IMG/VR virus record: IMGVR_UViG_3300042691_017862 | Source of the DNA: an uncultured virus (IMG/VR IMGVR_UViG_3300042691_017862) | Taxonomy: Duplodnaviria; Heunggongvirae; Uroviricota; Caudoviricetes | Strand: one strand, 5' to 3' | Length of the DNA stretch: 20,000 nucleotides | Part shown: positions 1 through 8,488 of the stretch, piece after piece | How the letters are laid out: each line of letters opens with the position of its first letter | Position numbering within the stretch: position 1 is the first letter of the stretch | The notes under the pieces: generated by a model | The model's database searches: none | What the model was told of the DNA's origin: nothing | Seen by the model: only the letters and a program-made list of their open reading frames with translations | Program-made: the position numbers and the translations under genes

Positions 1-17
1 TCAAACATTTTATTCAC
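1..17 (-). CDS. 5' end of a gene running off the left edge (GTG AAT AAA ATG TTT...)
   Basis: AGGAG Shine-Dalgarno at 30-26, 8 nt before GTG at 17, right after the stop of the 148-aa gene. Only about 5 codons visible. Confidence 0.45.
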
Positions 18-28
18 TGATTTTTCTC

Positions 29-475
29 CTATTTCAAAATCAATTTTAGCAGTAGTAAAGTTATGGTAAGTGCGTGTACTGCAATCGCGCATTTTACCAA
101 AGTTGACATTTCTTTAATTTGAACTTCCTTAACAATCACTGGTATTTCTACCATTTTAATCTCGTGTTGTATTACAGGAACTTCTTTTATAACTTCTTCA
201 ATCTCTTTTACTACAATTGGAATCTCAACTCTTTCGATTTGTAATTCTTTTTGTATAATGATTTTCTCTACTTCAACAATTTGCACTTCTTTTTGTACAA
301 TAATTGTTGGCACTTCAATTCTTTCGATGCGAACTTCTTGTGCTGGGGCACTACCAGCTTGTACATTGAAATTGGGTAAAGCTCCACCAACTACAACCAC
401 ACGTTTAGCATCAAGAAGTTCATCGAACTCTCTCTGTATGATCTGCGAAGGATCTGCGTGTGAAATTTGTCTCAT
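29..475 (-). CDS. Hypothetical protein with Val/Ile/Glu/Pro-rich repeats (articulin/alveolin-like) and C-terminal membrane anchor, 148 aa
   Basis: Repeats such as IEVPTIIV, VEIPIVVKE, KEVPVI, VEIPVIVKE; hydrophobic tail AIAVHALTITLLLLKLILK; ATG 5 nt after TAACAACTA. Confidence 0.7.
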   Translation of the reverse strand: MRQISHADPSQIIQREFDELLDAKRVVVVGGALPNFNVQAGSAPAQEVRIERIEVPTIIVQKEVQIVEVEKIIIQKELQIERVEIPIVVKEIEEVIKEVPVIQHEIKMVEIPVIVKEVQIKEMSTLVKCAIAVHALTITLLLLKLILK

Positions 476-480
476 ATATC

Positions 481-489
481 TAGTTGTTA
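481..489 (-). promoter_or_regulatory. TAACAACTA motif copy 1 (candidate phage late promoter)
   Basis: Exact 9-mer, intergenic, context TTAACAACTAGATAT-ATG. Confidence 0.65.
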
Positions 490-498
490 ATATTGTAA

Positions 499-1107
499 TT
501 AAAGAACTTGTGCTCTGAATCTAATGAACCCAGAAGTAAATCCAGAAATAACCCCAGTAGTTACGCGTACTTGTCCACTAGAATCAATTGAAAAGGTTAA
601 TAGGTTACCAGCTCCAGTATATTCGACTTGAAGATCTGCACCAGTCCAATCAGTTGGATCGTTTCTTGTTCCTAGTAATTTATAGGTAGCGTATGTATCG
701 GTAGTAGCATTTACGTATACGTGTAATAATGCTTCAAAAGACATGATAGATGTACTGAAGTCTAAACCAACAATAGAATCATTTGAGGAATTGTCAGCTA
801 ATCCTGACCATGTAGTAGGTGCTATGTCACCAGAAACTCCACCCGGAGCGTCTGCGAAAGTTCCATCACCTCGTAGGAATTTTGTTGCGTCACCAGCAAC
901 AGGAGCAGGAACTAGACCTTTAGTTCCACCGCTACCAGAATCCCCAACCATTACGTCAAGGATTGATGTAGCGTCACTAGCAGAAAGATCTTCAACGTTA
1001 CCAGTACCAGATGTTTTACGACCTTTGAGAGTAGAAGTAGCAACTTGCGCGAGTTTTGGATTCGTAACCGCATTTGCTTCTATGAATTTAGTCTTTATCC
1101 TAGACAT
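499..1107 (-). CDS. Virion fibre/appendage protein, 202 aa
   Basis: Fibre-type segment GTKGLVPAP..GDATKFLRGDGTF. N-terminus resembles that of the 737-aa protein; C-terminal domain resembles the 166-aa protein. AAGGA SD. Confidence 0.7.
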   Translation of the reverse strand: MSRIKTKFIEANAVTNPKLAQVATSTLKGRKTSGTGNVEDLSASDATSILDVMVGDSGSGGTKGLVPAPVAGDATKFLRGDGTFADAPGGVSGDIAPTTWSGLADNSSNDSIVGLDFSTSIMSFEALLHVYVNATTDTYATYKLLGTRNDPTDWTGADLQVEYTGAGNLLTFSIDSSGQVRVTTGVISGFTSGFIRFRAQVL

Positions 1108-1108
1108 T

Positions 1109-1189
1109 TGAAGTTTCCTTCAGCTCATCCGAGCCAGCTTCGATATTTCAATCGGTAATTAGACGGGTAGAGATTTCTCCCTACCCATC
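1109..1189 (-). promoter_or_regulatory. Structured 5' leader with four consecutive hairpins
   Basis: Minus strand: GAUGGGUAGGGA-GAAA-UCUCUACCCGUC (12 bp, two G-U), CGAU-UGAAAU-AUCG, GGCUC-GGAU-GAGCU, and UGAAG-GAAA-CUUCA covering the SD. Confidence 0.55.
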
Positions 1190-1196
1190 ACTATAC

Positions 1197-1205
1197 TAGT
1201 TGTTA
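1197..1205 (-). promoter_or_regulatory. TAACAACTA motif copy 2
   Basis: Exact 9-mer immediately after the stop of the 737-aa gene. Confidence 0.65.
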
Positions 1206-3419
1206 TTATGTTAAGTAAGAGTAAGAAATTACTAGTTTATCGGTAGCTACTAGTTCAGAAGCACCACCTGTAGCTAGGTCACCAGCGAAGGTGATACGAG
1301 TAACTCCACCAGATCCACCGGTAAGAGATACAGTGTAATCAACGCCTTTTTCTTGTAGTAATCCACCAATAACAGTGAGGCTAATAGAGTTGTCAGAAGC
1401 ACTTGCACCATGTACAGCGTGAGCCAAATCTACGTATTGGTTTGTGATATCACCAGCAATCAAAGTGATCTTTTGTTCTGTTTGCTTTAAAGACTCAATC
1501 TCATTAGAACCATTGATCTTGATAGTTTCAGCATCAACTTTAACTCTTAATTGACCAGCAGCATTTCCCGGATTGGTAGATTCCAAACCAGAACTAGAAG
1601 CTAAGTCAACAGAAATGATCTGACTAGAAACAGAGATCATGTCTCCACCAGATAAAGAAGCAGCACTAATTGCAGAACTAATAGCAGAATTTAGTTGATC
1701 GTATTCAACAGAATCACCTGTTGCACTACCAGCAGCAAGACCAGTAATCTTATTACCAGCCATTGCAATGTTGCCAGACATAGAACCACCAGCAAGTGGT
1801 AAGTAATCAGCAAGTGCGGTGTTTAATTGGTCGTATTCAACCGCATCGCCTGATAGAGTACCAGCAGCCATGCTAGAGATTTTTCTACCTGACATATCAA
1901 CAGTACCATCAAGTTTGATAATACCATTACCAGCGTCAGCTACTAAGTCAATGCCAACAGCAGAAGACATCAAAATCTTACCACTACCATCGTCCATGTC
2001 GAGAGATGTAGTGTTGGCAGAATTTTTAATTGCGTATGTGCTTACGTCTAAGTCACCACCAAGTGTAGGACTAGTATCTTCAACAATAGATTGAATACCA
2101 GCAGCAGCAACCGCAGCAGCATCTGCGTATGCGGTAGTTGCAATAGCGGTACTGTTATCTCCCGGAGATTGTGTAGGAGCGGTAGGAGTTCCAGTGAGAG
2201 CAGGAGAAGCTAAATCAGCTTTAAGATCAAGTTGTCCTTTATTTACAGCATCACCAGAAGCTGTACCGTCTGCCATGTTGGTAACCTTGTTGGTTGCACC
2301 CATATCAATCTTACTATTGAGAACAACACCCGCAGCACCCGCATTTAAGTCAATGGTATCACCATTAATGATAACGCTATATGTAGGATCGTTAGCTTGT
2401 AGAGTTAAGTTTGAACTTACTGCATCAATCAAAATACCATTTGAATCTGTTAATACAGTACTACCAGACATTGCGAATGAACCACTACCAGTAATACTAA
2501 AACTGTTTAGATCTAGTGAGCCACCAAGTTGTGGAGAAGTATCTTCAACTACAGCAGAAATACCGCCACCAGCAGTTACAGCCGCATCAACATAAGCAGT
2601 AGTAGCAATTTGTGTTGAGTTAGTAGAAGGAGCTGCAGTAGGAGCTGTAGGAGTTCCAGTCAACGCAGGAGAAGCAAGGTCAGCTTTCAATGCAAGAGCA
2701 TCAAACACCGCATTCTGAGAAGGAGCTACGTCTGTAATTCCGTCTGTAATACTGTCAGCAACAGCCGCAGTTTTTGCTCTAGTATCTGTAAAATATAGAT
2801 TTGTAGCACCTTCTGATAAATCATCTGTATCTTTACCACTTAGAGAAGAATCAAATCTTGCTTCTGTGTAATAAAAGTTAGATGCGCCTTCAGAAACGTC
2901 ATCGCTATCAAGAGATACAACACCAGTTTGTCCGTTTACTGACACAACTTCATTTGAGTTGATTGATTTTTCCCAGATAGATCCACTGTAAACCGCGAAG
3001 TCACCTACGTTAAAAGAGATAGCACCAGCACCGAAATCGGTACTACCAGCAACACTCGCTCTGTATACATCACCCGCATTACCAGTTCCGTTAGCTAATG
3101 TTGGAGAGTTTGTAGAAGCATTCCAGTTTCCTTTGTATTCCATGATGGAATTAGGGAGCTGGGAAGATGGGATTTTTCCACCGGCATCAAGAGTTGCGAT
3201 ACCGTCGTTGGCACCTAGCAAAGAAGCATCTAGTAAATCATTTGCTCCAACTTTTGGAACAGATACAAAGACCAACTCGTCTGAGCTGTTAATTTTGAGG
3301 ATGTCAATGTCAGCATTGTTTGCTGCATTTCTACCACGAATTGCTTGATCGTTATCTAAAAGGATTTTTGATCCGTCTACCTGATTACTTCCAATGAACT
3401 TCTTTTTGATTTGTGCCAT
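1206..3419 (-). CDS. Long tail-fibre/appendage protein, 737 aa
   Basis: Gly/Ser/Ala/Thr-rich. Two LKADLASPALTGTPTAPT...IATTAY repeats, three YadA-neck-like K(V/I)xxx(A)xG...GD(A/S)V...QL motifs, YKGNWNASTNSP and VVSVNGQTG fibre motifs. AAGGAG SD. Confidence 0.85.
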   Translation of the reverse strand: MAQIKKKFIGSNQVDGSKILLDNDQAIRGRNAANNADIDILKINSSDELVFVSVPKVGANDLLDASLLGANDGIATLDAGGKIPSSQLPNSIMEYKGNWNASTNSPTLANGTGNAGDVYRASVAGSTDFGAGAISFNVGDFAVYSGSIWEKSINSNEVVSVNGQTGVVSLDSDDVSEGASNFYYTEARFDSSLSGKDTDDLSEGATNLYFTDTRAKTAAVADSITDGITDVAPSQNAVFDALALKADLASPALTGTPTAPTAAPSTNSTQIATTAYVDAAVTAGGGISAVVEDTSPQLGGSLDLNSFSITGSGSFAMSGSTVLTDSNGILIDAVSSNLTLQANDPTYSVIINGDTIDLNAGAAGVVLNSKIDMGATNKVTNMADGTASGDAVNKGQLDLKADLASPALTGTPTAPTQSPGDNSTAIATTAYADAAAVAAAGIQSIVEDTSPTLGGDLDVSTYAIKNSANTTSLDMDDGSGKILMSSAVGIDLVADAGNGIIKLDGTVDMSGRKISSMAAGTLSGDAVEYDQLNTALADYLPLAGGSMSGNIAMAGNKITGLAAGSATGDSVEYDQLNSAISSAISAASLSGGDMISVSSQIISVDLASSSGLESTNPGNAAGQLRVKVDAETIKINGSNEIESLKQTEQKITLIAGDITNQYVDLAHAVHGASASDNSISLTVIGGLLQEKGVDYTVSLTGGSGGVTRITFAGDLATGGASELVATDKLVISYSYLT

Positions 3420-3436
3420 GATTTATATATCTCCTT

Positions 3437-3745
3437 TTAAGATACGTAGTTTATTATTAATGTCATTCCTGATTCAAGTAGAGGCTCTAGTCCTAGACCA
3501 TTCCAAGAAAGTGTTGTTCCGGAAACAGTGTAATCTGTTCCGTAAATTTGCATAGTGCCTTCTGCTACATCAAGCATTACATCACTAGATTCTAGTGGTG
3601 TATTTAGAAGCGTAACCGATTTGTTTGCAATATCTGTGCTATCTAATGTGAAGTATTCTACATTGTTTGTTGTAGAACTTCCACCACCGCCACTAGTTGA
3701 CGGTATAAGACCAGCATACTGCAACGGATTATAGCGGAATCCCAT
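3437..3745 (-). CDS. Small virion beta-domain protein, 102 aa, paralogous to the C-terminal domain of the 737-aa fibre
   Basis: TLDSTDIANKSVTL / QIYGTDYTVS / LIINY aligns by eye with TLIAGDITNQYVDL / QEKGVDYTVS / LVISY. TAATG coupling to the upstream gene. Confidence 0.7.
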   Translation of the reverse strand: MGFRYNPLQYAGLIPSTSGGGGSSTTNNVEYFTLDSTDIANKSVTLLNTPLESSDVMLDVAEGTMQIYGTDYTVSGTTLSWNGLGLEPLLESGMTLIINYVS

Positions 3746-4014
3746 TACGATATTCTTTCTGCTGATAGTAGAACTTGTCTAGTACCATCGCTGTAAATGT
3801 TTTTAATGACCATCAACGTATTCCCGTTATCAGAATACGTAATAGTTTCAGAATCGTTTGCAACGTTTGTAGTAGTAGTTGCGATAGAAATCTTATGTCC
3901 TACTTTACCAGCTAGAAAACCGTCTACCGACGTAGTAGCAGTTTCCTGATTGTACGTAGATTGTTGAGTCTGGTTTGCGTCCCGTTCTGACAGTCTTTTT
4001 GATGTTGTACTCAT
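3745..4014 (-). CDS. Small hypothetical (probably virion) protein, 89 aa
   Basis: Intact ORF coupled to the next gene; its first 23 nt are duplicated at 6508-6530. Confidence 0.7.
   Translation of the reverse strand: MSTTSKRLSERDANQTQQSTYNQETATTSVDGFLAGKVGHKISIATTTTNVANDSETITYSDNGNTLMVIKNIYSDGTRQVLLSAERIS
3992..4014. repeat. 23-bp direct repeat, copy A (agtctttttgatgttgtactcat)
   Basis: Identical to 6508-6530. Confidence 0.95.
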
Positions 4015-4017
4015 ACC

Positions 4018-4257
4018 TTACCATTTTCCTAGTGGACATTTCATAGAATTCAATCCCGCTTTAGCCTTGAGGAAACATCCACATTCCCCACACTGCATTT
4101 GACCTGCTAAACTTTTTAAAGAAGGACAGTCTTTACACGTATCTAACCTTCTTTGCTTTTCTTCGTCGCTAACTGTTACGTCGTTTCCTTCTGCAACATT
4201 TTTAGCAACACTTTTAGCAGATTCTAAAGCAAGCTTAACTTTGTTAATTAGACTCAT
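4018..4257 (-). CDS. Small Cys-rich protein, DUF6171-like, 79 aa
   Basis: RRLDTCKDCP...CGECGCFLKAK...CPLGKW pattern with 6 Cys. Family name is from recall of this pattern. Confidence 0.7.
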   Translation of the reverse strand: MSLINKVKLALESAKSVAKNVAEGNDVTVSDEEKQRRLDTCKDCPSLKSLAGQMQCGECGCFLKAKAGLNSMKCPLGKW

Positions 4258-4594
4258 TAACTTCGCTCAACGCTGTTAGAAGTTGACTAAAAGAGTTTTT
4301 ATCAAACGAATCTCCACCAACAAATTCACCATTAGCAAATACAAAAGTGTACGGAAGAGTTTCGCATTGATATTTCTCAAAAAATTCTTTATTAGAATCT
4401 TCTGCTTTGATATTAATGACTTGAACACCCTTTGCTTTTGCGTCGTTAATAAGATCTGGAAGATCGCTTTTAAACGCTTGACAAGCAGGACAAGTATCTG
4501 CTAATGTATTAACAAGAACATGACCGAATTGTTTACTCTTATCAAGAGCATCTAATCCGGTAGAAAATCCGATAGTTTCGATAATATTATTCAT
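4244..4594 (-). CDS. Thioredoxin-fold protein, 116 aa
   Basis: VLVNTLADTCPACQAF active-site CxxC; downstream cis-Pro loop TLPYTFVFANGEFVG. Confidence 0.85.
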   Translation of the reverse strand: MNNIIETIGFSTGLDALDKSKQFGHVLVNTLADTCPACQAFKSDLPDLINDAKAKGVQVINIKAEDSNKEFFEKYQCETLPYTFVFANGEFVGGDSFDKNSFSQLLTALSEVNESN

Positions 4595-4600
4595 AAATAT

Positions 4601-4629
4601 AGGATATCCTTTCTGTTTTTATTTGTCAA
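4601..4629 (-). promoter_or_regulatory. Sigma70-type promoter upstream of the thioredoxin-fold gene
   Basis: TTGACA (4629-4624), 17 nt, TATCCT (4606-4601); ATG begins at the 7th nt after the -10 box. Confidence 0.6.
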
Positions 4630-4635
4630 GTGTTA

Positions 4636-6447
4636 TTATCGAGCACCCATACAAATTACGTTACATGTATCCTGAAGAGCTGCACCTGAAGTTGTGTTAA
4701 TTACTGCAACAGAAAATGTGCTTGCCGTTAAACCAGAAGCATAACAACTACGTCCAGTAATTGAGTTTGTATTTAAGTTAGCAACGCAAGTAGGTGTAGA
4801 TGCGAAAGGTGTCGTCATTGTAATTGTACATACACTTCCAGAGCAAGTACTTGAAGATACGAAAGAACCAGATTGACTGGCTACGGTAAATGAACCACTT
4901 GCGCTAGTAGAACCTGTTACTCTCTCAATCCTCTCAGCCCCACTAGAGTTAGAAGTGACTGAGCCAATTAAAATTGGGGCTGTTTGAGAATAGTATTCTT
5001 CTACGATGATAACACCTGAACCACCCGCTCCACCTCCAGTAGCTCCGCCTGCTCCTACTGTATAAGAATAAGATAATGCAGGATTACTTATTAACGCTTC
5101 AATGTATCCACCTGCTCCTCCACCAGTACCAGAATATCCAGTAGCTTGTGGAATACCTAAACCTGCTCCACCTGAACCAGTGTTAGCTTTACCTGCTGCA
5201 GAGTTAGATCCGCCTGCGCCTCCAAATGGAGAAGCTGCTCCCGCACCTCCGGGAGAATAACCGCCTGCAGGAGGAGATGTTTGACCAGACCCTACTCCAC
5301 CACTAACTGCAACGATGGAAATAGCCGGAGAAGCTACTGTAGCAGTACCGCCTGCGCCCCCAGACTGGTTTGTACCCGATCCTGCGGGACCACCTGAACC
5401 TCCAGTAGCAGTTAAAAAAGTACCAAAAGTAGTGTTACCGCCTGCAGATCCTGCAGTACCAGTGTTAGATCCTGCTCCGCCTGATCCACCTCCACCTACC
5501 ATTTTTACTTTAATAAAAGTAGCTCCAGTAGAAGGGGTGTAAGTACTTGATCCAACAGTAGTGAATGTCTGAATAGTAGGAGCTTTCTGTTGATTAGCAG
5601 CAATAACTTGTTGAGCAGATGCTACATCTGTGCCCGTTTTTTGACATGTTACAGTAACTCCCCTAGCTCCGTTAGTACCTACTGAATCGAATGTTCTATA
5701 AGTAAACGTAGTGGTAGATGTAGATGTGATCTGAGCAGTAGAAGTTACGGTAGCTCCATCTAAGGAGATCACGCATATTGGAGTAGATGCAAAAAATCCT
5801 GTAACAAATGTACAAGTATAAGAACCAGATCCAGAACATGAAGAGATAAAATTACTAGGAGTCTGATCTGATACAGATGCTCCACTTGAAATCCTAGCAT
5901 TAAATACTGTAGGCTTATAATAATTACCAATGTTTGTTGCTCTACCATAATTGACATTTGCAATATTTAAACTAGATGCTCCACTATTTCCCGTTACGTT
6001 ACTAATACGAACAGTAGTAGAGTTGGTAAGATCACCACAAGGAACATTCAATGATAATGATGACTGAGTTGGAGTAGCAGATAGTACTTGAGATCCATTT
6101 ACAACACTGTTGATAAGTACCTGAGCTTGTACAGCAGATCCAAGGGAAGTAATCTTATAGTCAAAGGTTAGTTGACAGTTTTGGTTTTTTAATGAATTAT
6201 CTAAAGTATCTAGAGCAAATTCTACGTAGTCAGTTGTATTATTTGGTAATGTAATTGCGAAGTCTGATATACCAGTAAGAGGAGTTGTTGTGTTTTTAGC
6301 AACCGTTGCAGTTCCTGATACTGATACGTTGGTAGTACCATTCATACCAAAACTATTCTTTATATAGTTCTTACCTTGTACAGCACTTGATCCTTGACCA
6401 AGTAGATAATTTGCTAAGAGACTTCTTTGTGTACTATTTACTGACAT
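4636..6447 (-). CDS. Tail-fibre/receptor-binding-like protein with glycine-rich domain and 12 cysteines, 603 aa
   Basis: KMVGGGGSGGAG...GGSGVIIVEEY Gly-rich phage domain, flanked by two copies of a beta module (SSCSGSGSYTCTFVTGFFASTPICV / STCSGSVCTITMTTPFASTPTCV). Confidence 0.75.
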   Translation of the reverse strand: MSVNSTQRSLLANYLLGQGSSAVQGKNYIKNSFGMNGTTNVSVSGTATVAKNTTTPLTGISDFAITLPNNTTDYVEFALDTLDNSLKNQNCQLTFDYKITSLGSAVQAQVLINSVVNGSQVLSATPTQSSLSLNVPCGDLTNSTTVRISNVTGNSGASSLNIANVNYGRATNIGNYYKPTVFNARISSGASVSDQTPSNFISSCSGSGSYTCTFVTGFFASTPICVISLDGATVTSTAQITSTSTTTFTYRTFDSVGTNGARGVTVTCQKTGTDVASAQQVIAANQQKAPTIQTFTTVGSSTYTPSTGATFIKVKMVGGGGSGGAGSNTGTAGSAGGNTTFGTFLTATGGSGGPAGSGTNQSGGAGGTATVASPAISIVAVSGGVGSGQTSPPAGGYSPGGAGAASPFGGAGGSNSAAGKANTGSGGAGLGIPQATGYSGTGGGAGGYIEALISNPALSYSYTVGAGGATGGGAGGSGVIIVEEYYSQTAPILIGSVTSNSSGAERIERVTGSTSASGSFTVASQSGSFVSSSTCSGSVCTITMTTPFASTPTCVANLNTNSITGRSCYASGLTASTFSVAVINTTSGAALQDTCNVICMGAR

Positions 6448-6494
6448 ATTTTTATCTTTCTACTAGACTTCTAGACTAGAACTTTATATACTAT

Positions 6495-6503
6495 TAGTTG
6501 TTA
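6495..6503 (-). promoter_or_regulatory. TAACAACTA motif copy 3
   Basis: Exact 9-mer, 47 nt upstream of the 603-aa ATG and 4 nt inside the direct repeat boundary. Confidence 0.65.
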
Positions 6504-6530
6504 TTTTAGTCTTTTTGATGTTGTACTCAT
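6501..6530 (-). pseudogene. Orphan 5' fragment of the 89-aa gene (MSTTSKRLK*), containing direct repeat copy B (6508-6530)
   Basis: ATGAGTACAACATCAAAAAGACT identical to 4014-3992; starts 2 nt after the 651-aa stop and ends at the TAA of the motif. Confidence 0.8.
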
Positions 6531-6532
6531 GA

Positions 6533-8488
6533 TTATAATCCGATTCGTTTGATGTTAACAACACTTAAGGTTCCAATTGTAATTGTTCCTGATGTTGGTC
6601 GTATGTCAATATACTCACCAGCAAGTAGTGGAACTAAAGTGGAACCGCTTGTGTATAAATTAGTACCAGAAGCTGTCAAAAATTGAAAGCTACTACCATT
6701 TTTATAAACAGATATTTGACTACCATTTCCTGCTGTTGTTAATATAACACAACTAACATCATACGTTCCTGCTGCTGGTGCTGTAAATTTCCAAGATGCT
6801 CCAGTAGTAACAGTATTGTGTGTATCTAGTACTTTGGTTACGAAGTTTGTTTGAACCCCTGCACCCGGAGTAGAACTTCCACTTGTTGTATAACTAGCAG
6901 CAATAGTTTCCGTCGCTGCAATAGCGGAAGGACCGGATAATCTATTAATTGTAATCCAGTGATATGCTGCACTATTTGTAATAGTAAGAGTACCAGTAGA
7001 TCTAAATGATATTTGCTGCCCTGCGTTTACATAAACCATTCCACCAAATGGTTTAATAGTACTGCTTGCAAGATTCATGCTTGTTCTTTTACTCTGAGTG
7101 CCATCAATATATACATCAATTTGTTCACCAGTAGCACCAGATGAATAAAAAGATCCTCTAAATTGATAAAAACCACTAACAGGAGCTGTAAAAACAGATC
7201 CATTCCAAGCACTATGTGTATCTTGTTCTAAAGTGGTAAATGGAATATTCGTTACGCTAGCCGTTACAGAAGTTCCAGCATTTCCAGAATAAGAAGCGGC
7301 TATAACTCTCATGTCAGCACTATCGGACATTTGAACGGAGGAGGAGAATCCTTGGATTGGTACTGAAAAGTTAAAACTATATTTTAAAGCATTACCAAGT
7401 ACAACAGTCCCATTTTGAGCAACAAGTGAAGAGTTACCAAATGAAGTTCCACCAGCGGTCATACCAAGCGTTACATAAGCTTGAGAAGCTGTTACTAGAA
7501 CCGTACCATTTGAATATTGTGCTGAAGTTAAATCTGGATGAAAAAAACCAGATTCATAAGTTGAAGAAATGATAGTAGACGATGCACTAGTTAAACCACT
7601 TGGCAAAGTTATCTGTGCTTGTGTAGCAGTAACTGTTCCGGTTGTAACCGTTCCTCTAACTTGAATATCTGAACCGACTCGTCTATAGTAAAATGCCGCA
7701 TTTGAAACCGTTCCAAATCCTGTAAAAGTAGGAGTATAAGACTGCCAGTCCGTAATAGGAGAACCGTATACATAGCTAGTAGGACTAACAGAAATATTAT
7801 CGAATTTTACAGAATATGCTGCAGTTGATGTAGAAGCAACGTGCATGATGAGTCTGTAAGAAGTACTGTTACTAGGAGTTTGGAATGAGCTAGTAAATGT
7901 ACTACTAAGAGCACTATTTGAATAGAACTTTGTTGTAGAAGGTTGGATAAGAACGCTATTAGTTACGTCATAGATCCATACAGTTATGTCAGAATCTGTT
8001 GTAGAAGATCCAGCAACAAATGTACCAGAAGCTACAGCCATTTCCATAGAAATTTGAAGTACTTTAGCTTGATAAGCACTATCAATAGAGAAATCGTAGC
8101 TAACGCCTTGTCCTTGTCTATTAGCAGCATCTTTAGTAAGTAAGAATGAACCGCTACCGATTAGAGGAGAAGAAGTTGAGCGAGTAAAAGTGATGTTTGC
8201 TGTTCCACCAGTTCCATTTACTGGAGAAGACTGAGCTGCGTCGGCGTAAGTAGCGTATCCAATAGTTCCACTTTCTGCGTTGCTATTAGAGATGAAGTTT
8301 GTTCCACTTGATGCAGAAGTAGTCGGATTCCAGTAAGCCGTATTAGTAGGAACCTGACCGCTATTTGCGGAGATACAGATGTACATTGCTCCGGAGTAAA
8401 CTACTACGTCGCCCACTTTGTATACTTGAGCACTGTCGTATGTGAAACCTAAAGTTTTGTTTGATAAATGTCCATTATATAAAGGCAT
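6533..8488 (-). CDS. Tail-fibre/adhesin with N-terminal CBM5/12-like module and two C-terminal C1q-like domains, 651 aa
   Basis: YDSAQVYKVGDVVVYSGAMY...AYW; C1q-type signatures FTAPVSGFYQF and FTAPAAGTYDV...LLAGEYIDI. TAATG coupling. Confidence 0.8.
   Translation of the reverse strand: MPLYNGHLSNKTLGFTYDSAQVYKVGDVVVYSGAMYICISANSGQVPTNTAYWNPTTSASSGTNFISNSNAESGTIGYATYADAAQSSPVNGTGGTANITFTRSTSSPLIGSGSFLLTKDAANRQGQGVSYDFSIDSAYQAKVLQISMEMAVASGTFVAGSSTTDSDITVWIYDVTNSVLIQPSTTKFYSNSALSSTFTSSFQTPSNSTSYRLIMHVASTSTAAYSVKFDNISVSPTSYVYGSPITDWQSYTPTFTGFGTVSNAAFYYRRVGSDIQVRGTVTTGTVTATQAQITLPSGLTSASSTIISSTYESGFFHPDLTSAQYSNGTVLVTASQAYVTLGMTAGGTSFGNSSLVAQNGTVVLGNALKYSFNFSVPIQGFSSSVQMSDSADMRVIAASYSGNAGTSVTASVTNIPFTTLEQDTHSAWNGSVFTAPVSGFYQFRGSFYSSGATGEQIDVYIDGTQSKRTSMNLASSTIKPFGGMVYVNAGQQISFRSTGTLTITNSAAYHWITINRLSGPSAIAATETIAASYTTSGSSTPGAGVQTNFVTKVLDTHNTVTTGASWKFTAPAAGTYDVSCVILTTAGNGSQISVYKNGSSFQFLTASGTNLYTSGSTLVPLLAGEYIDIRPTSGTITIGTLSVVNIKRIGL

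Noticed and set aside
1111..1135. Hammerhead ribozyme resemblance (CGGAUGAG...GAAAC)
   Set aside because: Core departs from CUGANGA, and no stem II closes between the two elements.
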